The notes under the pieces are model-generated. The model saw only the letters and a program-made list of their open reading frames with translations. It did not search any database and had not been told where the DNA came from. Positions 31,880 to 44,486 of a stretch of 64,000 nucleotides of DNA are shown one piece after another; the stretch's first letter is position 1, and the number at the start of each line of letters is the position of its first letter. The stretch lies in the NCBI GenBank assembly GCA_946965045.2, contig OX337241.1, positions 186,001 to 250,000 of the forward strand, read 5' to 3'. Source of the stretch: Epithemia pelagica (Eukaryota; Protista; Bacillariophyta). A program made the translations under genes and the position numbers.

Positions 31880-34540
31880 ACTATTACTTGTTCTTGTGTA
31901 TGTGTGTGGCTCTCTCGTCTTGATCCTTTAATATTCGTTAATGGAAAAGACTACTCCCTCGTTGTTGTGTTGCTGGACTGTCGAAGTTGCTGTTGTCGTT
32001 GGTGTTGCTGGAAGCAGCGACACACATGCTCTTTTTGTCTCTCTCTCTCTCTATTTTTGTAGCAGTAGGGTTAGGAGAAATAAGAACTATTAGACCAAAG
32101 AGAAGGATGACGACGGCAAGAAGATGAGTGGATTATTTTGACAAGAGAGGACAGGAGACAGGATGGAACCAACGACGACGACGCCGCTCTGTTTGTGATA
32201 CTATGGCAGTCGGCCTGCGCGAGGCATGGCCGGCGCACTAACTATCCGAACTACAAGCTCGCCAGGATGTGTATTCCGGGACTTGGCAGTCCCGATACCC
32301 ATAGGTAGTTCACCGTGCCATAAGAGATTTGAATTCCGACCGGCATCAACGACATTGGCAACGGATCGAACCCGAGTAGGCCATTCCGTACTATTTGTCA
32401 CGAGCGCGTCGGTTCTCTTGTCGACACAAACCATCGTGAAGCACCACACAACCAACGGAAAAGACACCCCATACAAGAGACCGACAGGACAGAGAGCGAG
32501 AGAGAGATCGACCGACACATCATCATCATCATGATTGGTTGGGACAAACGATCCTTTTCTCTCGATGCAAACAAGAGAATCCGAACCGCAGCACACACAC
32601 ACACACACACACACACAGATGGCACGCCGACGACGCGACAATGACGACGACGATCCAGACAAGGAACGAAGGAATCCATGAATGACGGCTGCTGTCGGTG
32701 GCCTTGACACCAGCATCACCACCACCCGCAGTGAAAGAACCGCAACGACCGCAACTCATCCTCTTCCAGGCAACGAAACCAAACCAAACCACAAGGATAC
32801 GGCAGCCCCCCCCCCCCCCCCTTTTTATCACCACCGTGGATTCCAGTGCCAACGAACAACAAGGCAATGAACGAGTCTTTCCAATCCATCCACCAACCAG
32901 TTCGGTCGTAATTCGTGGGAACAAAGTCGTCCTACCATATACGGCGGCACTTGTGTGTGTGTGTGTGTGTGTGTGCGATTGGTAAGTGGTGGTTGCTGCT
33001 GCTGCTGCTTCTTCTTGTCGTTCGAGGTCGAATACCAAGGAGATTGTGTTGTCGTGGTGGAGCGGGATCGACAACAAGAGCCCCCTCGTGTCCACGCTGC
33101 TTCCTGGCAACCACAGGACACCCGTTCTTATTGGAAGGAGGAGCGCCGTGTGGAGACGCTGCCACCACGCCAGATGTTTGAGTTTCATCCCAACACGGAT
33201 AAGAAAAAGAAGAAGAAGCATCCCCAGCGAACCACAAGGTTGGTCTTTCGCCGTGTCCCACTTCAACAACAACAATAACAAGAATCGTTGCATCCCCCTT
33301 CGTGTCGTCCGGACCATTTCCAAACCATTGATGGTTGCTCTCCCCTGGTCGTCATCGCACTGTCCCATGGAAACGGATTCGAAATCGATGCCTCCCTACA
33401 AATGGGTGGTTGGTTGGTGGACCCAATCAACGACCAGTGGTTGGTGTGGAACCACAGGGTCACCCGCAGGACCGTCTCGGGAATTCGTCGCACCACAACC
33501 ACCACTCTAGTTTTTGGTATACCGCTTGGACGGATTTTGTGTGACTTTCTACAACAGCGACAGTGGCACCATCACAAGGCAACAGAGGAACCAACACGAC
33601 GATCCATTCGCACGACAAGAACAACACAAACAACATGGAGTACCACCCCCAAACGACTGGGGTCGCGAGTGCAGAAAAAGTCACTTTGTTCCGGAGGCAA
33701 CAACCACAATACCACATCCAGCCAACCAATGGAGCGACGACAACGAGGCCTTGTCATTTTCCTCCATGTGTACGTGCTTCCTGGCTACACAACGCCCAGA
33801 CGACTGGAATTCCCTCGGCGTTGTTCCCCACAGCCCATCCTCCGCCAAGGATCGCGGTCCACGACCTGCCCAGCCACGAACAAAAAGATCCCGGGATTGT
33901 GTGTTGCAATCCGAATCGGCACACGAGGACGACGACAACAAACGGTCGACTGACGACACTGGATGGCCCTCAACGGCGACCAGCACTATTCCCTGGCTGT
34001 ACGTAGCAGGACCATTGAGACACACAACGACAAGGTCTCAACCACTTACCCAAACCACACTACCAAACGGACAAGGCACTGTCGCGCCAAGTCAAAAGAA
34101 CGACTCGTACCACTCCATTCATTCGACAAGGGTGGAGATGGCTTTTATTGCTGGTGGACATTTTCTGGTGAGGGATATTGGAATCGAAAACTGTCCACCA
34201 AACATGTGCCTTGTCCTCCTCCCGAAATACCGACTGTGAACGGACTCACAGAGCACGGGATGGACAGGCGACTCGCACTAAGTCCGACCTTGCAACAGAG
34301 GTGGTAAAGAAACTGCTGGAAACGCTTTCTGCTACAACTCAAGCCGTTCCATGCTGACAACTGTGACCATGGTGGATGCCTGCGTCATGGCGATTGCTCT
34401 GACGACAAGGAGGAATCTGCAAGCATGGTATATTCGACGGCCACACACGTCATGACATTACAAGAAACTGTTTCGGCGCTTCTATTATGGACAAGATGCC
34501 TACAAAACGTGTTGTGAGTGATTCGTTCGTGGACCCGGAC

Positions 34541-34720
34541 CTTTCATGAACTACTAGGATTCACAACGTAACTAAGGAGTGACATGATCGTCCTGAAAGC
34601 TTGAAAACTTGTAAAATATGAGCATTCGGAACTTTTCATGAACTAATAGGATTCACAACGTATCACTAAGGAGTGACATGATCGTCATAAAAGCTTGAAA
34701 ACTTGTGCCGAAAATATGAC
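34541..34720. repeat. ~92-bp diverged tandem duplication
   Basis: TTTCATGAACTA.TAGGATTCACAACGTA..CTAAGGAGTGACATGATCGTC..AAAGCTTGAAAACTTGT occurs twice. Confidence 0.85.
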
Positions 34721-34787
34721 CACTCTTCCAGAGTATGATTACCATGATATATCTTCCGCACCCTGGCCGTGCAACCTCGTGCACATT

Positions 34788-36083
34788 TCAAGCGCCATCC
34801 TCCCCTTTATCAAAGCAGGTGTTGGTCATCTCTCGTTTCTGAGTAGAGGATGCCACAATGGCATCTTGGTTACCCGATCCTTCCAGACAATGATGCCATT
34901 CGTATCTGTTGGGATGTTGCTCACAGAGTCGACGATAACACCATGTATTCTTGTCCATGAGTGGCAATGTCGCACAGGTACGATTGGACCATCCGCCAAT
35001 TACGGCAACTTGATTGGCAACAACCACCATACTGCAGCCACTGCGGTCATTTCCCAATGGCGGGAGATTCCACACACGGTTGCGGTACGTATCCAAGACT
35101 TCCACGGTTTTACGGTTTCCTCCCGCCACAACCAGACAGGATCCCACGGCAACCATTACAAACAAATGTCTTGGGACGGAAAGCACCAAATCGGAATGAA
35201 TGGTCCAGGAGGAGGAGGAAGAAGAAGAAATGACAGAAGCACCAGTGTTGTCCTTTGCCTTCTCAGCGTTACAAGGCTGTGCAAAATCCAAATACTCCAC
35301 AGAGTCCAGTTCACCGCCCTCGTTTTTGCCTCCACCGACATAAATGCGGCACTGACCAACGACAGCACTGGAGAACCATGCTCGTGGAACGTTCATCCTT
35401 GGCCCCGGAGTGACAGTATGCGTTCTTGTATCAATTACCTCAACCGACGATAAATGCAAGCGCTGCTGCAAGTTCCATCCGCCCATGACGACAATGTACC
35501 GATCACGAACGGCAACAGCGCAACATCCTAATCTTCCCGTTGATAAGCGACAATTCAATGTCGTCCAATGGCCCTTGATTGAGCGGCTTGATGTCGAACA
35601 TGATTGTAACAAATCATGGACGGGAATTTGTTCGATGCAATCTAAAGCTGGATTTTCATCATTCCATCCTCCCACTGCGTAGACGGCTTCATTGCATACA
35701 ACTGCAGCATGTTTGTCACGTTTCTGCTTCATGGGTGGTCCTTTCTGCCACTGCTTCTCTGGTTTTGATAAATTCAATACATGAACAGAATTGGTGGTAC
35801 AGTTTAAGGTATTGATCTGTTCTGGACCTTGGTGATATCCTCCCACCACCACAACCGTTTCTCCCTCCTCGTCGTCATTGTTATTGTTCTTCTCTTTATG
35901 ACTTATTACGACCGAAGCATGAAGATGTCGCCATCCACCCTCAAGAGGAGGCCAGTCTTTTTCATTCCATTCTGACTGTGTGTCTGGAAGAAAAAGCCCC
36001 GACTGCCGTGCTTGTTCTTGCAGTGTCATGGTCCGGTGGGATGCAGAACGTGTACGGGGATATCGACAGAGACTGTTGTCCAT
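34788..36083 (-). CDS. Kelch-repeat beta-propeller protein
   Basis: Six GG-containing Kelch blades (VVVVGGY, VYAVGGW, IVVMGGW, IYVGGG, VVAGGN, AVIGGW) with downstream Trp residues and SSVEVID/DSVEYLD motifs. Confidence 0.92.
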   Translation of the reverse strand: MDNSLCRYPRTRSASHRTMTLQEQARQSGLFLPDTQSEWNEKDWPPLEGGWRHLHASVVISHKEKNNNNDDEEGETVVVVGGYHQGPEQINTLNCTTNSVHVLNLSKPEKQWQKGPPMKQKRDKHAAVVCNEAVYAVGGWNDENPALDCIEQIPVHDLLQSCSTSSRSIKGHWTTLNCRLSTGRLGCCAVAVRDRYIVVMGGWNLQQRLHLSSVEVIDTRTHTVTPGPRMNVPRAWFSSAVVGQCRIYVGGGKNEGGELDSVEYLDFAQPCNAEKAKDNTGASVISSSSSSSWTIHSDLVLSVPRHLFVMVAVGSCLVVAGGNRKTVEVLDTYRNRVWNLPPLGNDRSGCSMVVVANQVAVIGGWSNRTCATLPLMDKNTWCYRRLCEQHPNRYEWHHCLEGSGNQDAIVASSTQKREMTNTCFDKGEDGA

Positions 36084-36222
36084 GATGAAGACTGTGAAAT
36101 GATGTGTTTGCTGCTGTTTGTGGGTGCAGACAGTGGGACGGAGTTAGGGGAAATCGGTCCTCCCACCCGAAGAGTGCCTAGGCTAGGGGAGTTGACTATG
36201 ATTGTGTTCCATTTAGATTGTT

Positions 36223-36664
36223 ACTACCGTAATTTTCGGATTCCTGTACCCCCGGAATGTGCATGGATCAGTGAGGGGGGTACAGGACCAAGAGAATTTT
36301 TACAATTTTTTTTTAAGTTTCCATATGCAAGGTACAATTAACTTGATAGTAATAGTCAACTACAACATCGGAGTAGTAAAGAAGAGTTGGTCGCACTATT
36401 CTAGTTTGGGGAAAGACCGTGCTTCAACGCGTAGCCTTAACCCTAAGCATAATACCCATCATGCTGTATCTCTTGTTTCTCCTCTTTGATTCACTCCCAT
36501 GGAATGTCCGGCAGTGTGATAGAAAGCTCGGAACGTGAGGAATGTGGGGGTAACCCTATCACCAGGAAAGAGCCTGCAGATAAAAAGTTATGGGGACATG
36601 TACATCGGAGGGGGTGGGGGGTACGGGAATGCGAGGGGTACAAAACACCGAAAATTACGGTAGT
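36223..36664. mobile_element. MITE copy 1 (442 bp), nested in the PHIS element
   Basis: 17-bp perfect TIR ACTACCGTAATTTTCGG, extending imperfectly to ~30 bp. Flanks AGATTGTT/AGATTATT suggest an 8-bp near-TSD; a TA TSD is the alternative reading. Second copy at 51598. Confidence 0.9.
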
Positions 36665-36749
36665 AGATTATTTTTTGCTATGTGTAGTATGTAGTTCAGC
36701 TCTCCCACAGATCACTCCAGTTAGAGCCGACAAGTTCACCAAATCGAAG

Positions 36750-37881
36750 TCATCCATCCATATGCTCTTCGTCCTCATCCAACATGACCACACGATTGGT
36801 CGCAACTTGTTCGTTGTCGACGTTCACGTAAGTGCTGCGTAGTTCCACATGCACAATTGCGTCAAATTGCTGCGCTTGAACTTGATCGGTGAGCTCCTCC
36901 AAATTGATCGGGGTGAGGATCACGTCCCATTGGACAACTTGCTCCTCACATGGGAATGGAAGAGGGACTTCCATTGGGTCTGACCAAATGATGCGCTTGT
37001 CCTCCATTGTCTTCGTGATATCCCCAACCTTGGCTTCGAATGCATTCTTGAGGGCCGAAAGCTCATGCAGAATGCCTAAAGTTTGTAGAATGGCATTATT
37101 CATAGGCTTGCTGTAGAGACGGTCAGCAACCCGAACTCGGAGCTGCAAGTATCCGCCATCAGGGGTGACCGAGATCTTGTAGTGACTCTTGGGGCGGCAC
37201 AGTCCATGGAAACGGGTTGTCACATGGTCTCGGCCACCATTAGCCTTGTAAACAAAAGAGAACCAAGGAAAATAAAACTTTTTCGACTCTGTCATCTTCT
37301 TGGACACCGTCATCTGTCCCATCTGATTGGTCAAATCATCCAAGGCCGTGGTTGGTTGTAGCTTCGGATTTGGAGTTGACGCTTTCTTGGGCAGAGCTTT
37401 CTTGCGGGCTGGGGTTGTTCCGAGACGAGCAACAGGCATGGTGTCGGCGATGAGTTCTTCGTTGTCTTCTTCTTCGGTATCTTCTAGGTCTTCTCCGAGT
37501 TCAAACTCGTCTTCGCTACCACTTTCGTCTGAGATGTCACCAAGACGAAGTTCCTCTTGAGCGGCTTTCGATCCTGTGAATAGAAAAGTAGATTAGAAGA
37601 CAGAATGAGTAACCAGTAATAAAGTAGCAAATCACAAACTTACGAGCACGATGTCCATCTTGTGTGCGGCTCACACAGAAATCTCTCGCCTTCTCTCGGA
37701 AGCGGTTCGCGAAGGTTTTCTCTCGCATCACAGGCCAGTGCGCGACACGAACGGCCTCAATATCCTCGGGGTCTCGGAGGAGTGGATTGACACCACCACG
37801 CTTCTGTCGAAACAGTCGCAGCAGCTTGATGTCATCCTCTGGACCCCATCGAGGAGCCTTAACAGAAAGCTTGGCACTCAT
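36750..37881 (-). CDS. Transposon accessory protein with an N-terminal Myb/SANT-like helix motif, 2 exons
   Basis: Intron 37643-37574 (GTAAGT..ACAG) joins HRA|RSKAAQEE into ORF 37439-36750. N-terminus PRWGPEDDIKLLRLF. Its position within the TIRs matches the two-gene Harbinger layout. Confidence 0.7.
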
Positions 37882-38200
37882 TCTGTTGGAACTACTTACG
37901 ATTTACGGGAACCATCCAAAATTATGTGAGAAAGATGGCTTTTCTCTGGAGCAGGTTCCTTCGAAAAGTCATCGAGGTTCGAGTTCCGAGACCGGCATGC
38001 TTACCTGTGACACAATTGTGGAGTGATTGAATACCGTCAAGACCAACTGCTCTTGATTTTAGTATTCGTATCATTTATTGCCGTTATTCTATGGTTGAGT
38101 TCGTGAATATGATCTCACGAGTGTCAACAATACATGTGTTATTGGTTATATTCGTTTCTAATTTGTCACGGGCTATTGTATAGGCTATTATAATGGTCAC

Positions 38201-38388
38201 CCCGATATGATCGGGCTAGCCCGAATTGTGCATGCCCTCCCGAATTGATCGGGCTAGCCCGAATTGTGCAAATTACTATGGGGTTTTACACGGTGTTTGC
38301 CCGATATGATCGGGCTAGCCCGATATGAGCAGTTCTGCCCGATATGATCGGGATAGCCCGATATGATCAGGCTAGCCCGATATGAGCA
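38201..38388. repeat. 19-bp-period palindromic minisatellite (CCCGATATGATCGGGCTAG), blocks of 4 and 5 units
   Basis: CCCGA starts at 38201, 38220, 38239, 38258 and at 38300, 38319, 38338, 38357, 38376. Confidence 0.9.
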
Positions 38389-38727
38389 TTTTGACTGGAT
38401 TGCGTGACACATTATACAAGCCCCAATGAAAGGGCTATTGACAGAATGGTACCCAATTTGTACTTTACTACTAAGAAATGGTCCTAGTTTCACACGATCA
38501 ATTTATCATACTCTCTCTTCAGTTTACATGTGTTAATATTGGCTTGCTTTCTACTACCGAGTCCACCTCCCTACAATATGCTGCTGTGTGTTATGATAAA
38601 ATTTGGATTTGGCAGTCGGGGGAGTAGGAAATCTTAAGCAAGATTCCGAACAGAGCCTGCCACTTTTCCAAACGGTTCCGAATGAACTTTCTCCTCAACT
38701 TTGTGATCGGACCATCGGAATCACAAC

Positions 38728-39826
38728 ATGTTCACAATCCTACGTGCACTGTGGACTCCGTCGACCATGACGGATGCGCCTCCTCTGAAGCGCTCTCGCC
38801 TTCATGAGCTCTCCATCGAAGATATGATGCATAAGGCACGCATCATCTTCGGACGCGACCCATACAAGGAGCGGGCTCCAGAAACAGAGGAGCGGAAGTT
38901 TCGGGCACTTTTTGGATGCTCACCCACTGTCATGCTTGCGTTGTGGAACCTTCTGGTAGAGTATTGTTTGTTGCCTGAAGGAGGCAGGCTCATCCATTTG
39001 TTTTGGGCCTTGATGTTTGTCAAAGTGTATCCCACAGAGGATACACTTGCAAAACTTTGCGCGGATCCAAGGGTCCATGATCGAAAAACACTTCGAAAAT
39101 GGATTCGGCTGTTCATGACAGCCGTCTCCTACCTAACAGATATAGTGGTAAGTTGATTGCAATGTCGACCTGAATGTTTCCTATTATGGTCTAACCCTTT
39201 GGATTGCTTTTCTTTGGCAGATTGATTTTGATAATCGTCTTAGTGATGACGTTGGCAATGATTGCCTTGTCAATGTGGATGGCACGGATTTTCTTATTCG
39301 CCACAATGGGCGCAAATTTTTCTCCTACAAGTATCAGCAATCCGGTCTCCGCTACGAGGTTGCAACGTGCATTCGCACGGGAGATCTGGTGTGGATTTCT
39401 GGTCCATGGGAGCCAGGCATCTACAACGATCTGTCTGTGTTCCGCAACAGCGGAATCATCAATCTACTGGACGAGGGTGAAAGCGTGGAAGCCGATGGTG
39501 GCTACCGTGGTGAAGCGCCCATGTATGTCCGTTGCCCGTGCGTCTGTGGAACGGCAATCGAAGAATTCGAACGGATGGAAGCAATCTGCCGACGACGCCA
39601 CGAAACAATCAACAAACGATTTAAACAATTTGGCGCCCTCAAACAAGTGTGGCGCCACCAGCTCATCAATCATGGGAAGGCATTTTGACTGGCTGCCGTT
39701 GTGACGCAGCTTTCAATCCAGCATGGTGAGCCTCTATTTGATGTAGACTACGTCGATCCCAATTGGGACGACGACTACATTGCTCAAATTGAGTATGGCC
39801 CAGATTTGGCAGCCGTGGAGCTCTAG
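38728..39826 (+). pseudogene. DDE_Tnp_4-type (Harbinger-like) transposase, 2 exons, in-frame TGA near the C-terminus
   Basis: Intron 39148-39220. Motifs FRALFG, HLFWALMFVKVY, VDGTDF, YKYQQSGLRYEV, VEADGGYRGE, RHETINKRFKQF. After the TGA at 39686-39688 the frame continues (LAAVVTQLSIQHGEPLF) to TAG 39826. Confidence 0.9.
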
Positions 39827-40804
39827 AAGTTAGCGTATCTTTAATCTAGTAATTACTCATAGTGTGTTACTACAATTCCATTCCATTGGTAGACATGACC
39901 GTCCTCCCCAGTTGCCAAAATCTATACTCGTTAGAGTGTCCTATGACTCCGACGCCCTACTTTTTTGCCTAAAACCCTGATTGTGCATAGTAGGGCCGAT
40001 TTCCCCCAACTCCGACGAGCACGACTAACTTTGGACGATGCCAGTTCCAATCGTGCATCCTCAGTGACAACGAGCTCCAAGAAAAGCGAAGCAGAGACTC
40101 AATTCAATGGGAACGCCAAAGCACTTCCGAATTGACTCATATTTTCTGTCATGGAAAGTGCAAGACATGGTTTCGTTCATTTTGACTATTATAGAGCTCT
40201 ATGGAAATTGTTGTGGTTGCACAATGCATCATGTTCATGTGTGCTGATGATGGTTGGTTGGAAATGGCTCTTGGGACTTGGAATGCACGGCCACACCTCT
40301 TGCGATTTGTTTTTCTCATCTATCTGCGCTCGTCTTTGTCTGGCTTCGTGTCGCACCATCATCGTACTCTATACAATAATGTACATCAGTCAGTGATCAC
40401 GACATGGACAGGACATTTGCGGTCGCGGATCCGCATACTTGCAAGAGGTTGCGACTTGCGACCGATCGGTCAAAAAGATTGTAAGCGGAGATGGAAATGG
40501 AATGAAAGGAGGCCCTCCATGGAGGTGCACACAACAATGGGACGATTTGATATAAACGGCTGACGACGACTTTTCATCTCAAAACCAGCGCATCATTGTT
40601 GTTCTTCTGGAAGCGGCGATTCAGGTAAACAACCATGAAGAAGAAGCGGCGCTCAGGAAAACAACTACAAATTTGGTCATTCTTTACGTCCTTGGTAAGA
40701 AGGAACGGCTTATGACATAATATGACATGATAATGTACTGTTGCTCCTGTTGGCAGTCCAAACAACTCTGACGACTGCAAACACACACATAATTGGACCG
40801 TAAA

Positions 40805-41097
40805 TTGAATGGAAGAGTCATGGTAAAGTCACACATGATCCAAAAGTTGGATGTCATCGACCGACAGTGCTACGAAACACGGAGAGTCCGCCAACATCAC
40901 TCGACCATGATGACGACAACGACAAGGTCGCATCGATCGTTCAGGATGTTGGCTCTCATGACTGCAAATACACACACAAATATTTACATGCTATTTGAAT
41001 GGCAGATGACGACGGTCATGGCAAAGTCACACATACAAAATACAAAAGTTGGATGTTATCGACAGAGAATGCTAAGAATTACGGACAGTCCGCCAAG
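40805..41097. repeat. Diverged ~190-200-bp tandem duplication
   Basis: TTGAATGG..GTCATGG.AAAGTCACACAT..AAAAGTTGGATGT.ATCGAC..GTCCGCCAA occurs twice. Confidence 0.7.
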
Positions 41098-41679
41098 CTG
41101 ACGAGTGACGACTGACGACAAGGTCACTGCTGTTGGGCTCAGTTCTCGGAACTCGGAACCCTTGCGTGCAGAGGCCATTGTCCTAAGTCCAAGCGGGTCA
41201 CATGGAATGGATGCGGAGTATGGTTGGGCGTTGGGAGGACTGCCTGACCCCGTGTCCGTCAAACGACTGGAACCCTGCATTTTAGTATAGAATTTGTTGT
41301 ATTACTATACAACCTTACTGTAAGTTCAGTTGGTCGCAGAACGACTGGAAACGATGTCTCAAATCCAATCGAAGAGATAAGCCCATGCCATCAACGACCC
41401 AATCCACCATGTGTCGAATTTGGATGCTTTACCAGACTCGTTCACTTTTTGAGATTTCCCATGAATTTCTGTAACACACGATCGACCGACGACGAGTGGG
41501 AGAACGACACTTCATTGCTCTCACATTTTTGGCCACAGTTAGCTTTTGGGGTGACATCTACTGCGTCATTGTATGGATCCAAACCACTTCTGCCACTCTG
41601 TACTGTCAATCGCCTCCCCAATTCGCGTCCAAGAATCCTTCCACCGCAAGCAACAGATCTCAAGCGTCTCTACTAGAGA

Positions 41680-43520
41680 ATGACAGCATATAATTCTTGT
41701 CTCAGTGGTGCATCATCATTCGTCCAATGGTGTTTCGCCTTGACTGCTGTACTAGTATGCTCCATGCAGGGAGGACGACACAATTCCTGGGTCTGCTCGG
41801 CCCACCAAGAGCCCGCTTTGACCCGACGGCTCTTGCGTGGTACCGGTGGTGGAGAAGCAATACGCGATGCTGCTGCGAGTGTTGACAACACTCCTACTCC
41901 AGAACACAACACTCCTGATCATCCTATCCATCATGTTGGATCTGGATCCCGTCGTCGGCCTAACCCGAAATTCTCAAATATGATAATGCAAGCGCAGCGA
42001 CTACTGAAAAAGGACAAAAACAGCGGTACGTGAACATGCGGAAACACATGACGAACGGAAAGCAAACGACTGGGGCTTTTTTCTGACACTTTCTTGCCAT
42101 TGTTTCGTGTGTTCTCTGGAAATAATCTGAATGACTGACAAAAGAAGACGACTCTCCTTCCAGTTCGCCATCTCCACAGCCTTCCACGGTTCCTTCCGCA
42201 CGCCCCTCCAGCTCTCCTAGTTGGGCGCCATCCAGCTCTCCCAGCTCATCGCCGTCCAGCTCCCCAAGTCAATCAAATGTACCATCAGCGACGCCTTCCA
42301 CATGCCCTACTCGCATTCCATCTGCCATGGAGATCATGTTGACCGAGAAGTATCGGGGTGGCCTCATCTTTTATGACGAATCCTCCTATTCCATGAAAGC
42401 CCTTCGCTATGTCGAACGAACATCCGTGGGGATGGAAGATTGGAGAATTGGCAATCGGTATGCATTGGCCTGTATTTATTACGCCACCAATGCTATTGTG
42501 AATAGCTATTCCATTGCCATGATTGGGACCTTGGCTCTTGGATGGTTACGACCCTGGTTGGACCTTTCTGGTCTGGCAAATGAATGTGAATGGCCCGGTA
42601 TTGTCTGCACCGATACCTTGATCGATGCCAATGGCAATGCGTACGGCAATATCACACACATAAACTTGTCAGGCAATCGGCTCATGGGAACCTTTCCTCC
42701 CGAGGTGCAAATATTTCATGAAACCTTGGAACTGTTGGACTTGGAAATCAACTTTTTGCACAACGTGGGACAGGCCAATCTTGCCTGGTTGGGTTCCCTG
42801 ACAGAACTTCGTGTCTTGCGGCTGGGAGAGACAGGATTTGATAGTGAAAACACGGGGTTACCGACCGAGTTGGCCCATTTGGTACATTTGGAAGAACTGT
42901 CCGTCTACAATACGTACTTATCTGGCACCGTGAATGAATCCATTTTGACCAGCATGTCCAATCTCGTCTATTTCGATATGGGCGGCGTTGCCGTCAGTGG
43001 CAGTCCCTTACCCACTGCCTTGGGTCACTTGTCGAATCTCAAGTATCTCTACTTGGATCACTCCGATTATTCAACTGAGCTATCCACAATATTGGATGGA
43101 ACAGGATTTCCTGTCATTGAAGACTTGTGGTTGGACGTGAACGACGATATTGGTGGTACGATTCCCAACACCATTGGTGCTTATACGACGCTCAAGTCCC
43201 TGAGTTTGACCCATTGCAATCTCAAGGAAACCATTCCGACTGAACTGGGGTTGTTGACGAGCCTAAAATACTTGTGGCTGTACGGCAATGCCTTGTCTGG
43301 ATCGGTACCAACAGAATTGGGATCCTTGACGACTGTGGAACGGCTCTTTCTCCATGAAAATGACCTGACGGGTACCTTGCCTTCGGAGATTTGCCTCCAT
43401 CGACATGGATCCTTGGCTGCTCTGGGACTCGACTGTGGCACTGAAACTCCTGAGGTCACGTGTGGTACTATGGGACTTCTAGACTGCTGTACTTGCTGCG
43501 GGAACGCGTGTAGCTACTAA
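41680..43520 (+). CDS. Secreted LRR protein, 2 exons
   Basis: Hydrophobic N-terminus; intron 42026 to ~42144; PS-rich linker; RYALACIYYATN and NECEWPGIVC cap; plant-type LRRs (LxLxxNxLxGxIPxELG); Cys-rich C-cap. No TM or kinase domain. Confidence 0.9.
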
Positions 43521-44486
43521 ACTCTGTACTTCTCAGAAACAAGTGGAAAATCATACAGGGTTTTGTAGGAACACTGATGGGCATCATACGCTTGATGTAA
43601 TACTCTCACTGGTAGAGATCGTGACAACATGGCCCAATGCAGTGGTCTTCATCAAAGGAATAAAGAATTGCTGTCACGGAAACGCACTTGCTCCTTGATG
43701 GCCACGTCATACAAGGACCGACTGATGTGAAACAGATTTGGTATGAAGCAAATGGACCCTGCAGTAGTGTGAATTTGTATGGTTCATGTCGATCCCTTTC
43801 TTGCCTCTAACGAGAGAAACGCTTGGGCCCAAGGAGGTTGTCTGTTTACCTTATCAGACCGAAGTGTTTGAACATTAGAAAGAGACCCATTGAAACTTCT
43901 GGGTTGAGAACAGAAAGCCGTTGGTTAAAAAGTGAGGGCGGATTCGGGGGGAAATGAAACCTGTAGGGAATTTCCCCACACTGTGTTTTGACAGGAACGG
44001 GCAATAGTAAATTGCTCACCACCACATGGAATATGACCCCGCTATTGGCTGTTTGCGCTCTAACCTCTATGTGGCCTTCAAAGTGCTCTAGCTTTAGAGA
44101 ACCCATGAAAGCAAAGAGACAAAAGGAGCAAGGAGGACGACGACTGTCGTCATGTCCGAAAGGCTATCTCCCGCCATCATAGTACTATGGTACTTGGTAC
44201 CGCCATTAATAACCGGCTCTTGCGAGTGAAGCAGAGTGATAGAACAGGAATTTTCTGTATCTTAAGGGAAAGCACCCAGTGGACTGGTACTATGAGATCC
44301 CGGATCGATTAATGCCTTGAGCCGTCAAGCCGTGATCCCTTGAGTGACCTACTTGTTACCAAGGGCCTATTAGACCCGGCAGGTTCACTGTGTTTACCAA
44401 CTTGTCTCATTTTTTCCCAATCTGGAAACGCGTGTTGTTTGTCATTCCGGCATTTCTCTGTACATCAGCTTACCCCTGCTGCTGCC

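Larger units (their letters stand above)
36140..40013. mobile_element. PIF/Harbinger-superfamily (PHIS) DNA transposon with two divergent genes
   Basis: 22-bp TIRs GGAGTT(A/G)GGGGAAATCGG(T/C)CCT (36140-36161 and 39992-40013), flanked on both sides by GAC. They enclose a DDE transposase and a Myb/SANT-like accessory gene. Confidence 0.8.

Noticed and set aside
38201-38388. 19-bp array as a CRISPR-like locus
   Set aside because: Units are head-to-tail without unique spacers, there are no cas genes, and the context is eukaryotic.
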